IMG/VR virus record: IMGVR_UViG_3300027863_000003
Direction: 5' to 3' (one strand)
Origin: an uncultured virus (IMG/VR IMGVR_UViG_3300027863_000003)
Taxonomy: Duplodnaviria > Heunggongvirae > Uroviricota > Caudoviricetes
Length of the DNA: 64,000 bases
Position 1 is the stretch's first letter. Each line of letters starts with the position of its first letter. The notes below the pieces were generated by a model. That model had not been told where the DNA came from. It made no database searches and was given only the letters and a program-made list of their open reading frames with translations. Both the position numbers and the translations under genes were made by a program. Positions 45,857 through 57,700 of the stretch are shown in pieces.

Positions 45857-47365
45857 ATGCCTAACTCATGGAATACATCTGAGTACGATTTCTGGCAATG
45901 GTTGGGAAGAGCCAACCCATACAAGAATCCAGCCACCAAATTATTTGATGAATGGGGTGACTTAGGGCGCGGTGTCAATTGGGCGAATGAACAAATCGCA
46001 CGCCGCAATAACCCGTTCAACTTCAATTTCCTTACTGGCCAGCCAAATCAGCCATCTGGCAATGCAGGCGGCGGTGCCGGTGGCGGTTTTGGGGAATGGG
46101 GTGCCCCCGGCATCACAACCATTCGGCGCACCAAAAACCCGGCCATTGACGCCGCGTTGGCAGGCGGACTGCGTTCCTTGAATCAAATCCGCGCTGGAGA
46201 CGAAGGCGCCATTTCGCGGTACTTGAAGGCTTTGGGATTGGGGCAGGGCGACAAGGATACTGCACAAGAAACAGACTGGATGGGCAGGGTTTACTCCGGC
46301 CAGTTAGCCAATGAATTGGCGGCACCGTTGAACGCTTATCAGGGGCAAATGGAAGGTTTGATAAGCGGGCTGAGCGGCAACCTAGCCGGCCTCCGCAACC
46401 AGTATGGCCAGACAATGAATCAAAACCTTGCCAATTTGACCCAGCAACTTGCTGATAGCCGTGAACGATACGGCAGTGAAATGCGCGGGTTGATTGGCAA
46501 AGAATCATCAGGTTTGGCGGATTTGCTCAAGGAATATGGTCAATCCGCCCGTGCTGCCACTGATTTGGCTGAGGCGAAAGCAATGGCTGGCCTAAAGGCG
46601 ATGGCCGCAAGTCAGGGCATGGGGGGCGGTTCATTGACGGATAGGTTGGCCTTGAAAGCCCAACAGGAAGCCGAAACTGCGCTTGCAAAAGAATTGGCCG
46701 GCAAAAAGGAAGCCAATTTCTTGCGCACAGCAGATTTGACAAAGGCCTTGACCGATAAACTTTTTGGGGTTGAAAGAGAAGATATTGGTTCGCTGGCAAA
46801 TAAACGCTTTGGTATTGATGAGGCTCTGGCCAACCTCACTCGCGGCGATGTTATGAGTGAGTTTGGGCAACGAGCGGGCCTGGCCAGCCAACTGATGGGG
46901 GCGCGGCGTGGGGATATAGCGAGTATTCAGGAAATGGGCAACCAACTGGCAGGCCGCCGGCAGGCATTGAGAACTGGGCAAGCAGCCAATTACTTGCTTG
47001 AACCGCAAATGCGCAGGATGCTCTTGGGCGATTACCTGAGCAAGTTGGGCGGCATATCAAATATTGACCTCGCCAATGCGTTCTACGGTGTAACAGACAA
47101 CGGCCCCAATTACCCGACGCCGCGTCAGTCTAATCCATTCGCATTTCTGGGGGCATTACCGCCGTCGCCGATTTATAATTATCAACCCATCAATTATCCT
47201 GATTTGACCGATTACCTGACAGCCACCAATCCGGGAGTCAAGACGGCGAAAAAGAAGGGGAACATTGATTTCGCAAGGTTATACAATGCATACGCTGGCG
47301 CCATGAATCCGATTCTGGGCGCGTTATTCGGCTTATCACCAACAAATGAAGAAGAGGAGTATTAA
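45857..47365 (+). CDS. internal virion/ejection-like protein
   Basis: Gly/Ala/Gln-rich helical sequence; position. Confidence 0.6.
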   Translation: MPNSWNTSEYDFWQWLGRANPYKNPATKLFDEWGDLGRGVNWANEQIARRNNPFNFNFLTGQPNQPSGNAGGGAGGGFGEWGAPGITTIRRTKNPAIDAALAGGLRSLNQIRAGDEGAISRYLKALGLGQGDKDTAQETDWMGRVYSGQLANELAAPLNAYQGQMEGLISGLSGNLAGLRNQYGQTMNQNLANLTQQLADSRERYGSEMRGLIGKESSGLADLLKEYGQSARAATDLAEAKAMAGLKAMAASQGMGGGSLTDRLALKAQQEAETALAKELAGKKEANFLRTADLTKALTDKLFGVEREDIGSLANKRFGIDEALANLTRGDVMSEFGQRAGLASQLMGARRGDIASIQEMGNQLAGRRQALRTGQAANYLLEPQMRRMLLGDYLSKLGGISNIDLANAFYGVTDNGPNYPTPRQSNPFAFLGALPPSPIYNYQPINYPDLTDYLTATNPGVKTAKKKGNIDFARLYNAYAGAMNPILGALFGLSPTNEEEEY

Positions 47366-47371
47366 CGGGTT

Positions 47372-48778
47372 ATGGCATTTGGTTCATCATTAGATTCGCT
47401 GCAGGCTTCAATCCTGAACATTGCGCGAGCGCAGCAAGAGCAGGAAGCGCAGGATTATTACCGCGCTCTTAGCGCCGCTATGCAGCTTCGCCAAATACCA
47501 GCGGCTGAATCGCTTCAGGCAGCGCAATTGGCGCGGCAACAGGATTGGGACGCCATTCAGGCCCAGGAACGGGCGGCGCAATTGGCTGAAGTGAAACGAC
47601 GCAATGACATCGCGGCGCAACAGGCGGCAGCGGCTGCTCAATATCGGGATGAATACCTGAAGATGCTGCAAAACAAACAAGAAAACCAGCCAATCCCATT
47701 GGCCGAAATAAACAAGGCCGATACTTTGGCATCTACGGGCGAATATACATTGGAACAATTGTTAAGCATGTTCCCGTGGGCTACTGAAGCGCATAAATCT
47801 CGCTGGAATGAGCTTATCAACACAGCCAGAAAAAAGAAGGCTCAAGAATATCAAAATGCAGCTTCTGCTGCCGAGGTGCTCAATGCCTTCAATGAATTGG
47901 GCAATCTGAAGAATACAATTGAGAAAGCCGCGGTTGAAAAAGACAAATTTGCCCTTGACCCCAATGCTTGGAAAAACTTGGAAAAGAGCCTATTGCAGCA
48001 CAAACTTATCAGTGGGCCGGCTTATAATGTGAAGTACAGTGACAGTGGATTTTCATTCGACCATTCAACACCAAGGTATGAGCCGGCATTTGACCCCGCG
48101 CAGTTGCTTGACAAAATCAACCAAGAACTGGCCAAGCTTCAGCCGATGGTTGATACTCTCAAGAAATCCCCCAAGATACCAATTATACCAACTCCCCAAG
48201 GATATATGCCCGCCATTCCCAATCCATTGGCGGCAGCTTTTGAAAAACAGCCAGCGCCAAAGCAGGCGTCGGCACCACGGCAGATAACATTGCCTCAACC
48301 GATTGCCGACCTTCCACTTAAATACCGGCAGGCACTATTAGCGACCGCCAAAACCAATGCGCTTGAGGCATTGATGCAACCAGAGCTGGCTGACCCGATT
48401 TCAAAGCTCCCACTTGAATATCAAAAGGCGCTATTGGCGCCTGTTCTGACCAATGCGCCGGCGGCTTTACCGCCAGGGAACTTTATACTAGCCGAGTACC
48501 AGCAAGCATTGCTGGATGCTGCCAAGACCAATGCACTTGCGGCACTAGCCGTAAAACAATTGGAAGCCCAACAGGTTTCACAACAGCCTAGAAAACCGCA
48601 GCAATTCATAAGGGACACAACCGAACCGACTCCAGCCCAGCAGGCTGTCGTGCCGCCGATGCGTCTTAGTGGCGAAATTTATACTGGCAATTTGGTAGAT
48701 GGCAAAAACTACAACATTGCAGGTATCATTTATCAGTGGGATGCGAAGACGCACAAATTCCGCAAAGTAAAACCTTAA
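47372..48778 (+). CDS. internal virion/ejection-like protein
   Basis: Ala/Gln-rich; three Y-QALL---TNA--AL repeats. Confidence 0.6.
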   Translation: MAFGSSLDSLQASILNIARAQQEQEAQDYYRALSAAMQLRQIPAAESLQAAQLARQQDWDAIQAQERAAQLAEVKRRNDIAAQQAAAAAQYRDEYLKMLQNKQENQPIPLAEINKADTLASTGEYTLEQLLSMFPWATEAHKSRWNELINTARKKKAQEYQNAASAAEVLNAFNELGNLKNTIEKAAVEKDKFALDPNAWKNLEKSLLQHKLISGPAYNVKYSDSGFSFDHSTPRYEPAFDPAQLLDKINQELAKLQPMVDTLKKSPKIPIIPTPQGYMPAIPNPLAAAFEKQPAPKQASAPRQITLPQPIADLPLKYRQALLATAKTNALEALMQPELADPISKLPLEYQKALLAPVLTNAPAALPPGNFILAEYQQALLDAAKTNALAALAVKQLEAQQVSQQPRKPQQFIRDTTEPTPAQQAVVPPMRLSGEIYTGNLVDGKNYNIAGIIYQWDAKTHKFRKVKP

Positions 48779-48793
48779 TTGAAATCAGGGCGT

Positions 48794-51700
48794 ATGGCAG
48801 ACTTCTACATTTCTGATGATGAAGACCAGCAAGGTGTGCAGCAAGATGTAACGCCTCAGGCTGAACCCAAGACTGATTTGGACAACCTGTACAAGCAGAT
48901 TATTCAAAAAGATGAAATCAGCCCTGAGGAAGCCGCGTTCATTGAGGCGAAAAAGTTCCCTGATGGCAGGCCTAGGGAGGCTATTCTGACTGCCGCGCCG
49001 GAGAAGCCGTTGTATAAAAAAATCCTTGAATTTCCGCAAAGAGTCGCGCCGGGACTTTTCGGCAGACCGGAAGGAGAATGGATAGGGGACCCCGATGATG
49101 AGGAAAACTACCGGAAATTGAATGAGGGAGCGATAGCCGCATTATCTCATGGGCTTATTAACAGGCTTGTTCCAGATGTAAAAGCAGAGCAGGTTCAGAA
49201 ATTTGCTGATAGATTGGCAAATGCGGTGCAAGGTAAATTTGGGGAGCCGCAACCACGCAAGAAACCAAGTGATGCGGCAGGCTATACGGCTGGTGCAATC
49301 AATCTTATCAAAAATCTGCTCGATATTTTTACAAGCCCAGCGGGTTTTGTTGGTGGTTTGGGCGGTATTACGCGGCAGGCGCCAAGAGTAATCGCTGGGT
49401 TATTTGCGCATTCACTTTTGAAAGACCTACCAGAATCCGCCCAAGCGGCTGGTTACGCATCAGTTTCTGGAACGCCACAAGAGAAAGTGGAACGGCTGGG
49501 CGGATTGGCGGCTAACTTGCTTTTTGCGGGGACGTCTGCTTTTCATACTGCTGCCCCTAAAAAACCGGGGCAGGCTGGAGGGGCAAAGTCGTGGATGGAG
49601 CAGATATTGCCGGGGATGACGGATGAAGAATTTAAAGCTTATGATGTAATGCGTGACCGAGCAAGAGAATATGCGCTTGCTAAATGGCGGCTTGAGAATG
49701 GCAAAGCAGAACCCGGTGATTTCGGAATCGTTTCTGATTTTGAGAATGCTGCCGAATTTAAAGATTTTGAAAAACCGCTCAATAAGGCATTTTTTACATT
49801 TTCAAACTTGCCGCCCAAAGTTGTTGGGGCAATGCCACCAGAAATGTTTCGTTTGTGGCGTTGGGTAACTTATAAAGCTTTTTCCAATGCAGGAAGTCCA
49901 GGATTCAAAAAAATATATGCATCTCGCCTTCATGCAGGTTTGCTTGAGCAAGGCGACACCAAAACCGCTGGATTGCTTGAAAATGAACTTCGACAAAGTG
50001 AATCCCCGGAATTGAGGGAGCACGCAAAACAGTTAACGAAGGCGAGATATGATTATTATGAAAAACAAAAACAGGCGCGTCAGGATATAGAGGCTAGCCT
50101 CAGGGAGAGAGGCGTAACTTCTCCAGGAATGCCTCAGCCAGAACGGCCACGAATTAGAATTGTGGCTGAAGGAGCCGGCGAACCTAAAACTGAGCCATCC
50201 CAAGGGCCAATTGATACTTCGTTGAAAGCTGGGGAACAAAAGCCCACCGAGCCTGCTCAAAAGCCTGCCATCCCGCCTGAAGAACAACCGCCGCCACCGC
50301 CAGCTCAAACAGTTTTTGGGAAGATGGGGGCGTTAGAATTATTTGATGAGTACAAGAAGGTGCTCAGTCAAAACGATTTCGCATTGGCGGAAGAGGCTGA
50401 AGCCCGAATGAGAGAAATAGCGGAGCAAAGCCCAGACGCAGAGGAGCGCCAGCTTGCCCAGAAAATGTTGGAACCAATGAGGCAAATGCGCGAGGCGCAG
50501 GAAACGCTTTACCGGGTTCAAAAACAACAAGCCGCCACAAGGCCGGCGCAGGAGAATAGGCCTGCTGAACAGGCACAACCCGTTGAACAGGCGCCCGCTG
50601 TTGAACAAAGACCGCAAGCGCCGCCGCCGCCCGATTATAACAACATGGGCGTTCTGGAATTATTCGATGAACACAGAAAAGCTACAAATGCGGGGAATTT
50701 CCAATTAGCAAATGAACTTGAAGAGCGGATGAGGAGAAGGGTAGAAGAAGCTCCAGACGAAACGGCCCGCGAAAATGCCCAAAGGCTATTGAATCACATG
50801 ATACAATTGCGTCAGGGGCATGAAGAGCTGGCGAAATTAAAAGGAAATCTCGCTCAACAAAGACAGCCAGCGACTGAGGCGCAGAAGCCAGCACCTGAAG
50901 CGCAGCCGGCAGGACAACAACAGCAAGAACAACGGCCATCCCATGACTTATGGAGTTTCCTGCCTGAAGAACCAGAAATTGTTGATGCTGCTTATGTGGC
51001 TTCTTTGGAATATCTCTATGATAGAGCCATCGAACAAGGCGACCATTTACTCGCCGATGAGATTGAACGGCGCCTCGATGATTCATTGATTAGAATTCGT
51101 GATAAAGAGGTCATGGGGGTTGCCGTTGACCAGTTGAGAAGAATGCGAAAGGCGCGTGCGGCAAGGCAGCAAGAAGCTGAAAAAGGGCTGCAAGAAAAGC
51201 AGCAAGAAGCCGAAAAAAACAAAAAGCGTGAGACATTAAGAAACCTTTTGAATAACGAAACAAAGGTAGATGAGTCTTTTATTCTAACTCTCTCTATCCT
51301 TCATGATGAGGCGCTTAAAGACGGCCTTTTCGATGTTGCCAAGGAAATTGAGGAGCGGATGGCACAGGCGCGTGGGCAAGTTGAAGGCAACGATAACCTG
51401 CAATCGCTGATAGATGCACACTTACAGGAGCTAATAAAAAAGCGTGAAAGTAAACAAAATCAGGCGCAACAGCCATTAACAACGAATATACAAACTGGCG
51501 CTGAACCGGCAGCGAATGCCCCAGCCACTCCCGAAAAACCGTTGCCGACAAATTTGGCCACGGGTGCCAAGCCAGAAGAGCAGAAAAGCCCACCGGCATC
51601 GGTTATGGCACCTGAAACGCCAGCAACCAAACCGCCCGAACAAACCGCCGCGCCAAAAGCTGGGCCGCCGAAACCGCCGGAACCGTTGGCGCCAGCAGCA

Positions 51701-54700
51701 GAAAAACCAGTCAAACCGCGTCCCCCGGCCCCGACTACTGGCGTGACGCCATTGCCAACACCAATAACAACCAGCGAACAAAAAAAGGAAAAGCCGGAGA
51801 GCGAGAAACCCGCACCAGTTTTGCCAACAAACTTGGGAGCGGGCCAAAAATCTGAAGAGAAAAAAGTTGCCCCTGAAAAACAAGCGCCGACGGCAGTTTC
51901 GGCACCAAAGCCGGTCAAGATAAGAGCCACGCTTTGGGCTGACGGCTCAGTCGAGACACAAGATGAAGAGGTCACGGGCTTTAAATTTGCAAGAGATGAA
52001 AACAATAGGATATTCGTAAATAAGTATGGCATAGCTGAAATCACAAATGGTGAAGATTCTTACAGAATTTTTATTAAAAAATTGTCGCCAGAAGCCAAGC
52101 GTGAATTAGGATGGGACGAGGCAAGCGTTGTTTATGAGCCACCAATATCGCCAGAAGTAGAAAAGCTTTTGGATGAATTAAGGGATATTCATGCAAGTAA
52201 AGAATATGAACAGGCGTCGCAGAAAATACTGGCGCAGAAACGCTCGCATTTAACTAAAGATGAAGAGCGGGCATTCAACCGGTCACGTGAAATATGGAAT
52301 GAAATTAGTAAATTGCCCCCAGAATTAGCAGCGGAACTGCCAGACGATGCTTTTAGAGAGTGGCAGGATTCAAGGCTCGATAACTTTTCAATTCAAAGCG
52401 CGAAAGAATTACACAGGGCATTTCTTTTGCGAGGCGAGCCAATTGCCGCTGAAAATATAGAAAATAAATTGGCCGAGACTCTCGTTAATGTGCATAGCAA
52501 GCATCCTGATGACCGTGCAGAAGCGAAAAGACATAATAAAGAAACCAAAGCCGTGATAGACGAATTATGGCGGGCACGGGAAGAATACAAGAAGAACAAA
52601 AAAGCGACTCCACCGGCACCAGCGCCAGCAGAGCCGGCAAAGCCGATTGAATTGAAGCCAACGCCGCCAATTCCGACAGGGGCCAAGGTTGAAGTTGTTG
52701 GCAAAGGCGATGACAAATATCCTGGTGTTTATTCAATTTTGCCGCTTTCAGAATTGCAGGCATCGCATACGGAGACCTTCTCGCCAAATGAAAAGTATCC
52801 TTTGAGCAATACCCGCCAGTATCATTTGGAAAGCCAGAAAGCTGAGCGGGATAAAGTGAACAAGGGCGCCTACGAACCCATACCAGACCTGCTGGTTGAG
52901 CCTTCAGTTTCGGCTTCAGTCGGCCCGCCAGTTGTTGCTTGGGACAGAGGCACTGGTCAATGGGTTGTTCTGGGCGGGAATGGCCGGACTTTGATGTATA
53001 AGATTATGCCCGAAGAAAAACGGGCGCAAGTCCATGAATATGCGAAACAAAGCGCCAAGAAACTTGGGTTGCCGGAACCGAAAACTCCCGACGACGTCAT
53101 CGTCCGAGTAATTGACCCAATTGATACATCAACACGAGAAGGGCGCGAGGCGGCCAATCGAATAGTTGACAGCCTTAACCGCTCTGACATGTTGAGCCGC
53201 AGCCCGTTCAACATGGGGAAAGATGATGCGCGCAATATTCCCGATGATGATGCTCTTCAACTTTTGGATGAGCTAACTGAAGCCGCGCCTAATCAGACAA
53301 TCAATATTTACAGGAGGTTTGTCGAACGAATGATAGGCTCTGGGAAGATTGAACAAGCTTCGCGCGCCTCAATTCTCGACAATGATGTTGATGTAAGAAC
53401 TTATGTTGAAAGCTTTCTAGCCGAGAAAGCATTTCCGAACTCAACAATCCCGCGGCTCATGGCGGACAGCAACACGCCGGCCACAATTAGGGGGTTGATG
53501 AAGGTTGCAATGCCAACCGTATTGCGGTTGCGCTCACAAAAGACTGCATTTGGCGAAAAACTCGCCAATGTTATAACAGGCGCTTTGGATAAAGTCAGCC
53601 TTGCTTCTGATGATATTTCAAAGATTTCAAGCGCCCTTGAAATGGCATCCGGCCAATCTGAATTGGGCGAATCAGAGGCGAGTAAGGCGGGGCGCGCCCT
53701 CATTTATCTGCTCCAGAAATATGCCAATGTAAAAACCGATAAGAAAACAAAGAGCCAGGCCGCCCTGTCGGTATGGGGCAAGATATTCAATTACCTCGAC
53801 CAAGCCTTGGCGAATCAAAAAAAACAAGGTGGGGGCGAAAATCTGTTTGGCACAGTGGAAGATGATGCCTTGGTGTTCAGGCGGACATTGCAGGGCATAA
53901 TGACCGAAAAGGAATATAAGAGCTTCGGTTTGAAGCCTGTTTCTGAGGACTCGCAAACACCGCCTAGATTCGGCTATAACATCCCGGCACTGGAGCGTGC
54001 TATTAGTGAGACTACCGGCAAATTACCCACCAGTATAACCATGGGCGCGACGAAAGTCGAAAAGCCCACCAAACCTGCGGTAAAACCGAAAGGCAAAGCC
54101 AAGGTTGCGCCCGTGGAAGAAAAACCGCCTACCACTATCAGAGCCGGTGAAGAGGAAGTAAAACCCACAGAGCCGCCTGCCAAACCGCGAATAACGTCTG
54201 GGCAGGAAGCTAAAAAAAAAGAAACGGTTCCAATAAAGCCTGAGGAAGAAAAGCCTGCGCCGGAACCGACACTGGACGAACTCAAGGCAGAGCGGGACGC
54301 CTTGGAAAGACGCCTGAAGAAATATGGTGAATTACCGCCCCGTGACCAAGCGCGGCTTGAAGAAGTCAAAATGGCCATTGAAAAAGCGGAATTGGGCCAG
54401 GAATACCTGCCGCAAACCAAACAGGCCATTATTCCTGACGAAGAGACACTCAAGAAACAGCAGCGTTCTTTTGTTGAGAAAAAGGCTAAAGAAGGCACAT
54501 TAAAGCCCCAAGGTGAACAGGAAAACTTGGAGGAGGGGCGAAAGCAACCTGAATTATTGCCTACTGGGCAGGGGGATATTTTCAGTGGGCAACCATACAG
54601 GCCGACTCCCAAGCCGGCAGAAAGTCGCCCCGCCGCGGAGATGCCCAAGCCGCAGGTAGCACAACCCCAGCCAGCGGTTGCAAAGCCGGCTGAACAGCCG

Positions 54701-57700
54701 AAACCTGCCATTACGCAGGCGCCTGTGGAAACCAAGGGGCGTTCGTATCAGCAAGTGATAACGCCTGATTTCGGCAAAAACAACAAGACATTCAGGCGTT
54801 CTGCTTTTGATGGCGCTCGACGGGCAATGCCAAAACCGCCGTCAGCCCAACAAGACCCGAATGGCCTAAAATTGTACACGAATGCCTCGACTGTTGGCGG
54901 TTTCCTTTATGAAGCTGGCGTAAGGGACTTCAAAGAATGGGAACGCTTGATGCGCGAGATGTACGAAACGCCGGATAATCCGCGTACAAAAGACACTAAT
55001 TATTGGCAGAAAATCTACAAGAACGCCCGCATGATGCTAGATGAAGAGGGTGGCGAATCTTTGGCCGCAATACCAGCAAAAGGGCCAGGTGATTTAATTA
55101 TCGGGCCGGAAGGCGAGCAGAGAGGCGGGGCGGAAGGCGAAAAGAAAACAGTCGAAGTGCAGTTTGTACCGCATCCTTCCAATCCCAAGCTGCTCATAGC
55201 AAGACCTGAATACACAAAGCCGGCGCCTGACCATTTGGAGCGCCTTGCACGAGAACACCCTGAATTGGCCAATCTGCGCAATTCACTTGCGCCGCATCAG
55301 GTTGAAGCATTCAACACGATGTACAGCGCGATTACCCGCCCACACCCAAACAAGGCCGGACTATTGGCCGATGGCACGGGGGCTGGCAAGACGCGGGTTA
55401 TGCTTGCGTTGGCTCATGCGATTGCGGTTTCCGAAAAAAGGCCGGTTATCATGGTTGTTCCGCAAGCCGTGCTGAAGGCCAATTGGGCCAAGGGAACGTC
55501 CAAGGGCGGGTCGTATTTCAAGGACGCCAAGCAAATGGGGATACCGCTCGTATTGGCACGTGAAGGCGCCATACGCCCAGGTGAAATTATAATTACAACC
55601 TATGAGAACGTGGGCAAATGGGCGGATGCAATGTCGTGGTTCCCGGCCAGGTCAGAAAATGCTGCCTTTGTTATTTTTGATGAGTCACATTATCTGAAGA
55701 CGCCGGATAGTCGCAGAACAATTGAAGCCAAGGCCATGATTAGAAGGGCAAACAAAGTGCTCTTTTCAAGCGCCACGCCGGCGGACAAGCCGGTTCATAT
55801 TCATTACCTCGAAACGCTCGGTATTGGGCGATTCGATGACGTGATGAAAAAGCTTGGCTATGAAAAGGTGCAAAGACAAGGCCGGCGACAGGATGGCACC
55901 CCATACGATTATTACACTTGGGAAATAGCCCCTCATGTTACGGCACAAGAAATTGCAAAACGTTACTCGGAATTGTTCGATAAACTGACCGCAGACGGTG
56001 TCATGATTAAACGCGAGATTTCAATGGCTCCCTTGAATATTCGCGTGCTTGAGTTTGAAACGCCCGATGAAGCCAGAATGATAATTGATGATTTCGAGTT
56101 TTTCTATTGGGAGCATAAGACATCCAATACTGCGCTTGACAGGGCTAATCTGATGATGATTTGCCGGCGATATTTGGAGCCGTTCAAAATACCGTTCGCC
56201 ACCAACATTGCCCTGAAAGAGCTGAATAACGGGCGCAAGGTGGTCATATATCTTTCACGAGTCAACCAGGCTAAAGCCGGAGCGTGGAGTGGTAAGGGTC
56301 TCGAAAAAACATATCACAAACATTCAGATATTGCTTCCACCCTTGATGAACTCAGGAATGCCTTGATTGAATCCGGTGTTGAGGAGGATAAGATTGGCGA
56401 GCTAAGCGGCAGGATGACGGAAGAAGAAATCCATGATGCCGTCAAGAATTTCAATGAAGGCGATGTGCAGGTTTTGATTTCGACCGTTGAAACTGGCGGG
56501 GCGGGTATCAATCTGGACGATGCTACCGGCAACCATCCGCGCTCGGTTATCTTCATGACCGCGCCGTTCAGTGGAATTGAAAACGTGCAGGCGCTTGGGC
56601 GTGTCAACAGGCTTACAACCAAGAGCAATTCAAACATCTACTATCTGTTCACCAAACATCCGATTGATGAATGGAACTCGGACATCGTGATGCACAAACT
56701 GCGGCTCATGGGCGCGACGGTTAAGGGCCAATTGGCGGGGCTGGATGAAATTCTGCGGGATAGGGAGCGCGCCAAAATGTTTGATGACTTAACGGAAGAG
56801 AATTTGGAAGCGGACATCAACACGGCCAAGTCGCCAGAGGAATTGCTGAAGGAATACTTGCAAAGGGGCAGAAAAAAGAGAGGCGCCATACAAGGCGGAG
56901 CTGCAAAGGGTGAGGGCGAAGCCGCAAAGGGCGAAGGGCAACCCGTTAAGACAGCGCCGTTCCCAAGTGTTCCGTGGCGTGAGGTGCGCACAAAAGATGG
57001 CGGCAAATTCTATGTTTATCCTTTGAAACCTGACGCGCCGGAAACAAAAGCGTTCTGGGATTGGTGGCATGAACAGGGTGGCAAGGAAAATAAACTCGAT
57101 ATCAGGGTGCGAAAAATACCTGAGAAATACCGCAAGACCCAGGGCGCAGATTGGGAAGTTGTAGCAAATGCACCTTATGAAAAAGGCGCAGCCGCCAAAG
57201 AACCGTCAACCAATGTTGAAACCGGCACAACTGAATCACCGCCGAACCCTGATGAAAACCTCATCAATCCAATCAAAAATGGTGTTGATGATGTGTCGGA
57301 TAAACTGGGCACAAGACCTGATATTGAAATTGATAATGAGGAAAAGCCTAAGAAACCGGGCGAAGAAGAGGGCGAAGAGGGCCTGAAGGGCGCGCCGCGG
57401 TTATCCATCTATTATGATACCGGAACTGGCCGTATTGTTTTGAGGCCGCGCGAATTGGCGAAGGAACTTGAGCTGTTTGGCAGCGACGAAAAAGCCAAGC
57501 AAAATTACATGGAAGCACTTGGCCGCCATGAAGCCATCCATCATGCCGCCCTTGAATTGCTTGACCCCATAGAAGCCGCCAGCATTGCGGTATGGTTGCG
57601 TGAACGGCATCCCAAGAAATACAAGAAATTCGTGGAATCGTACACTGGTGGGCGCGATGTTGAATTGAGTGATTTCCAAATTGGCCACGAAATTTACAGG

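Noticed and set aside
54212..54220. Second A9 run as a programmed frameshift
   Set aside because: The -1 frame stops within about 8 codons and encodes nothing recognisable; it lies in a Lys-rich linker.
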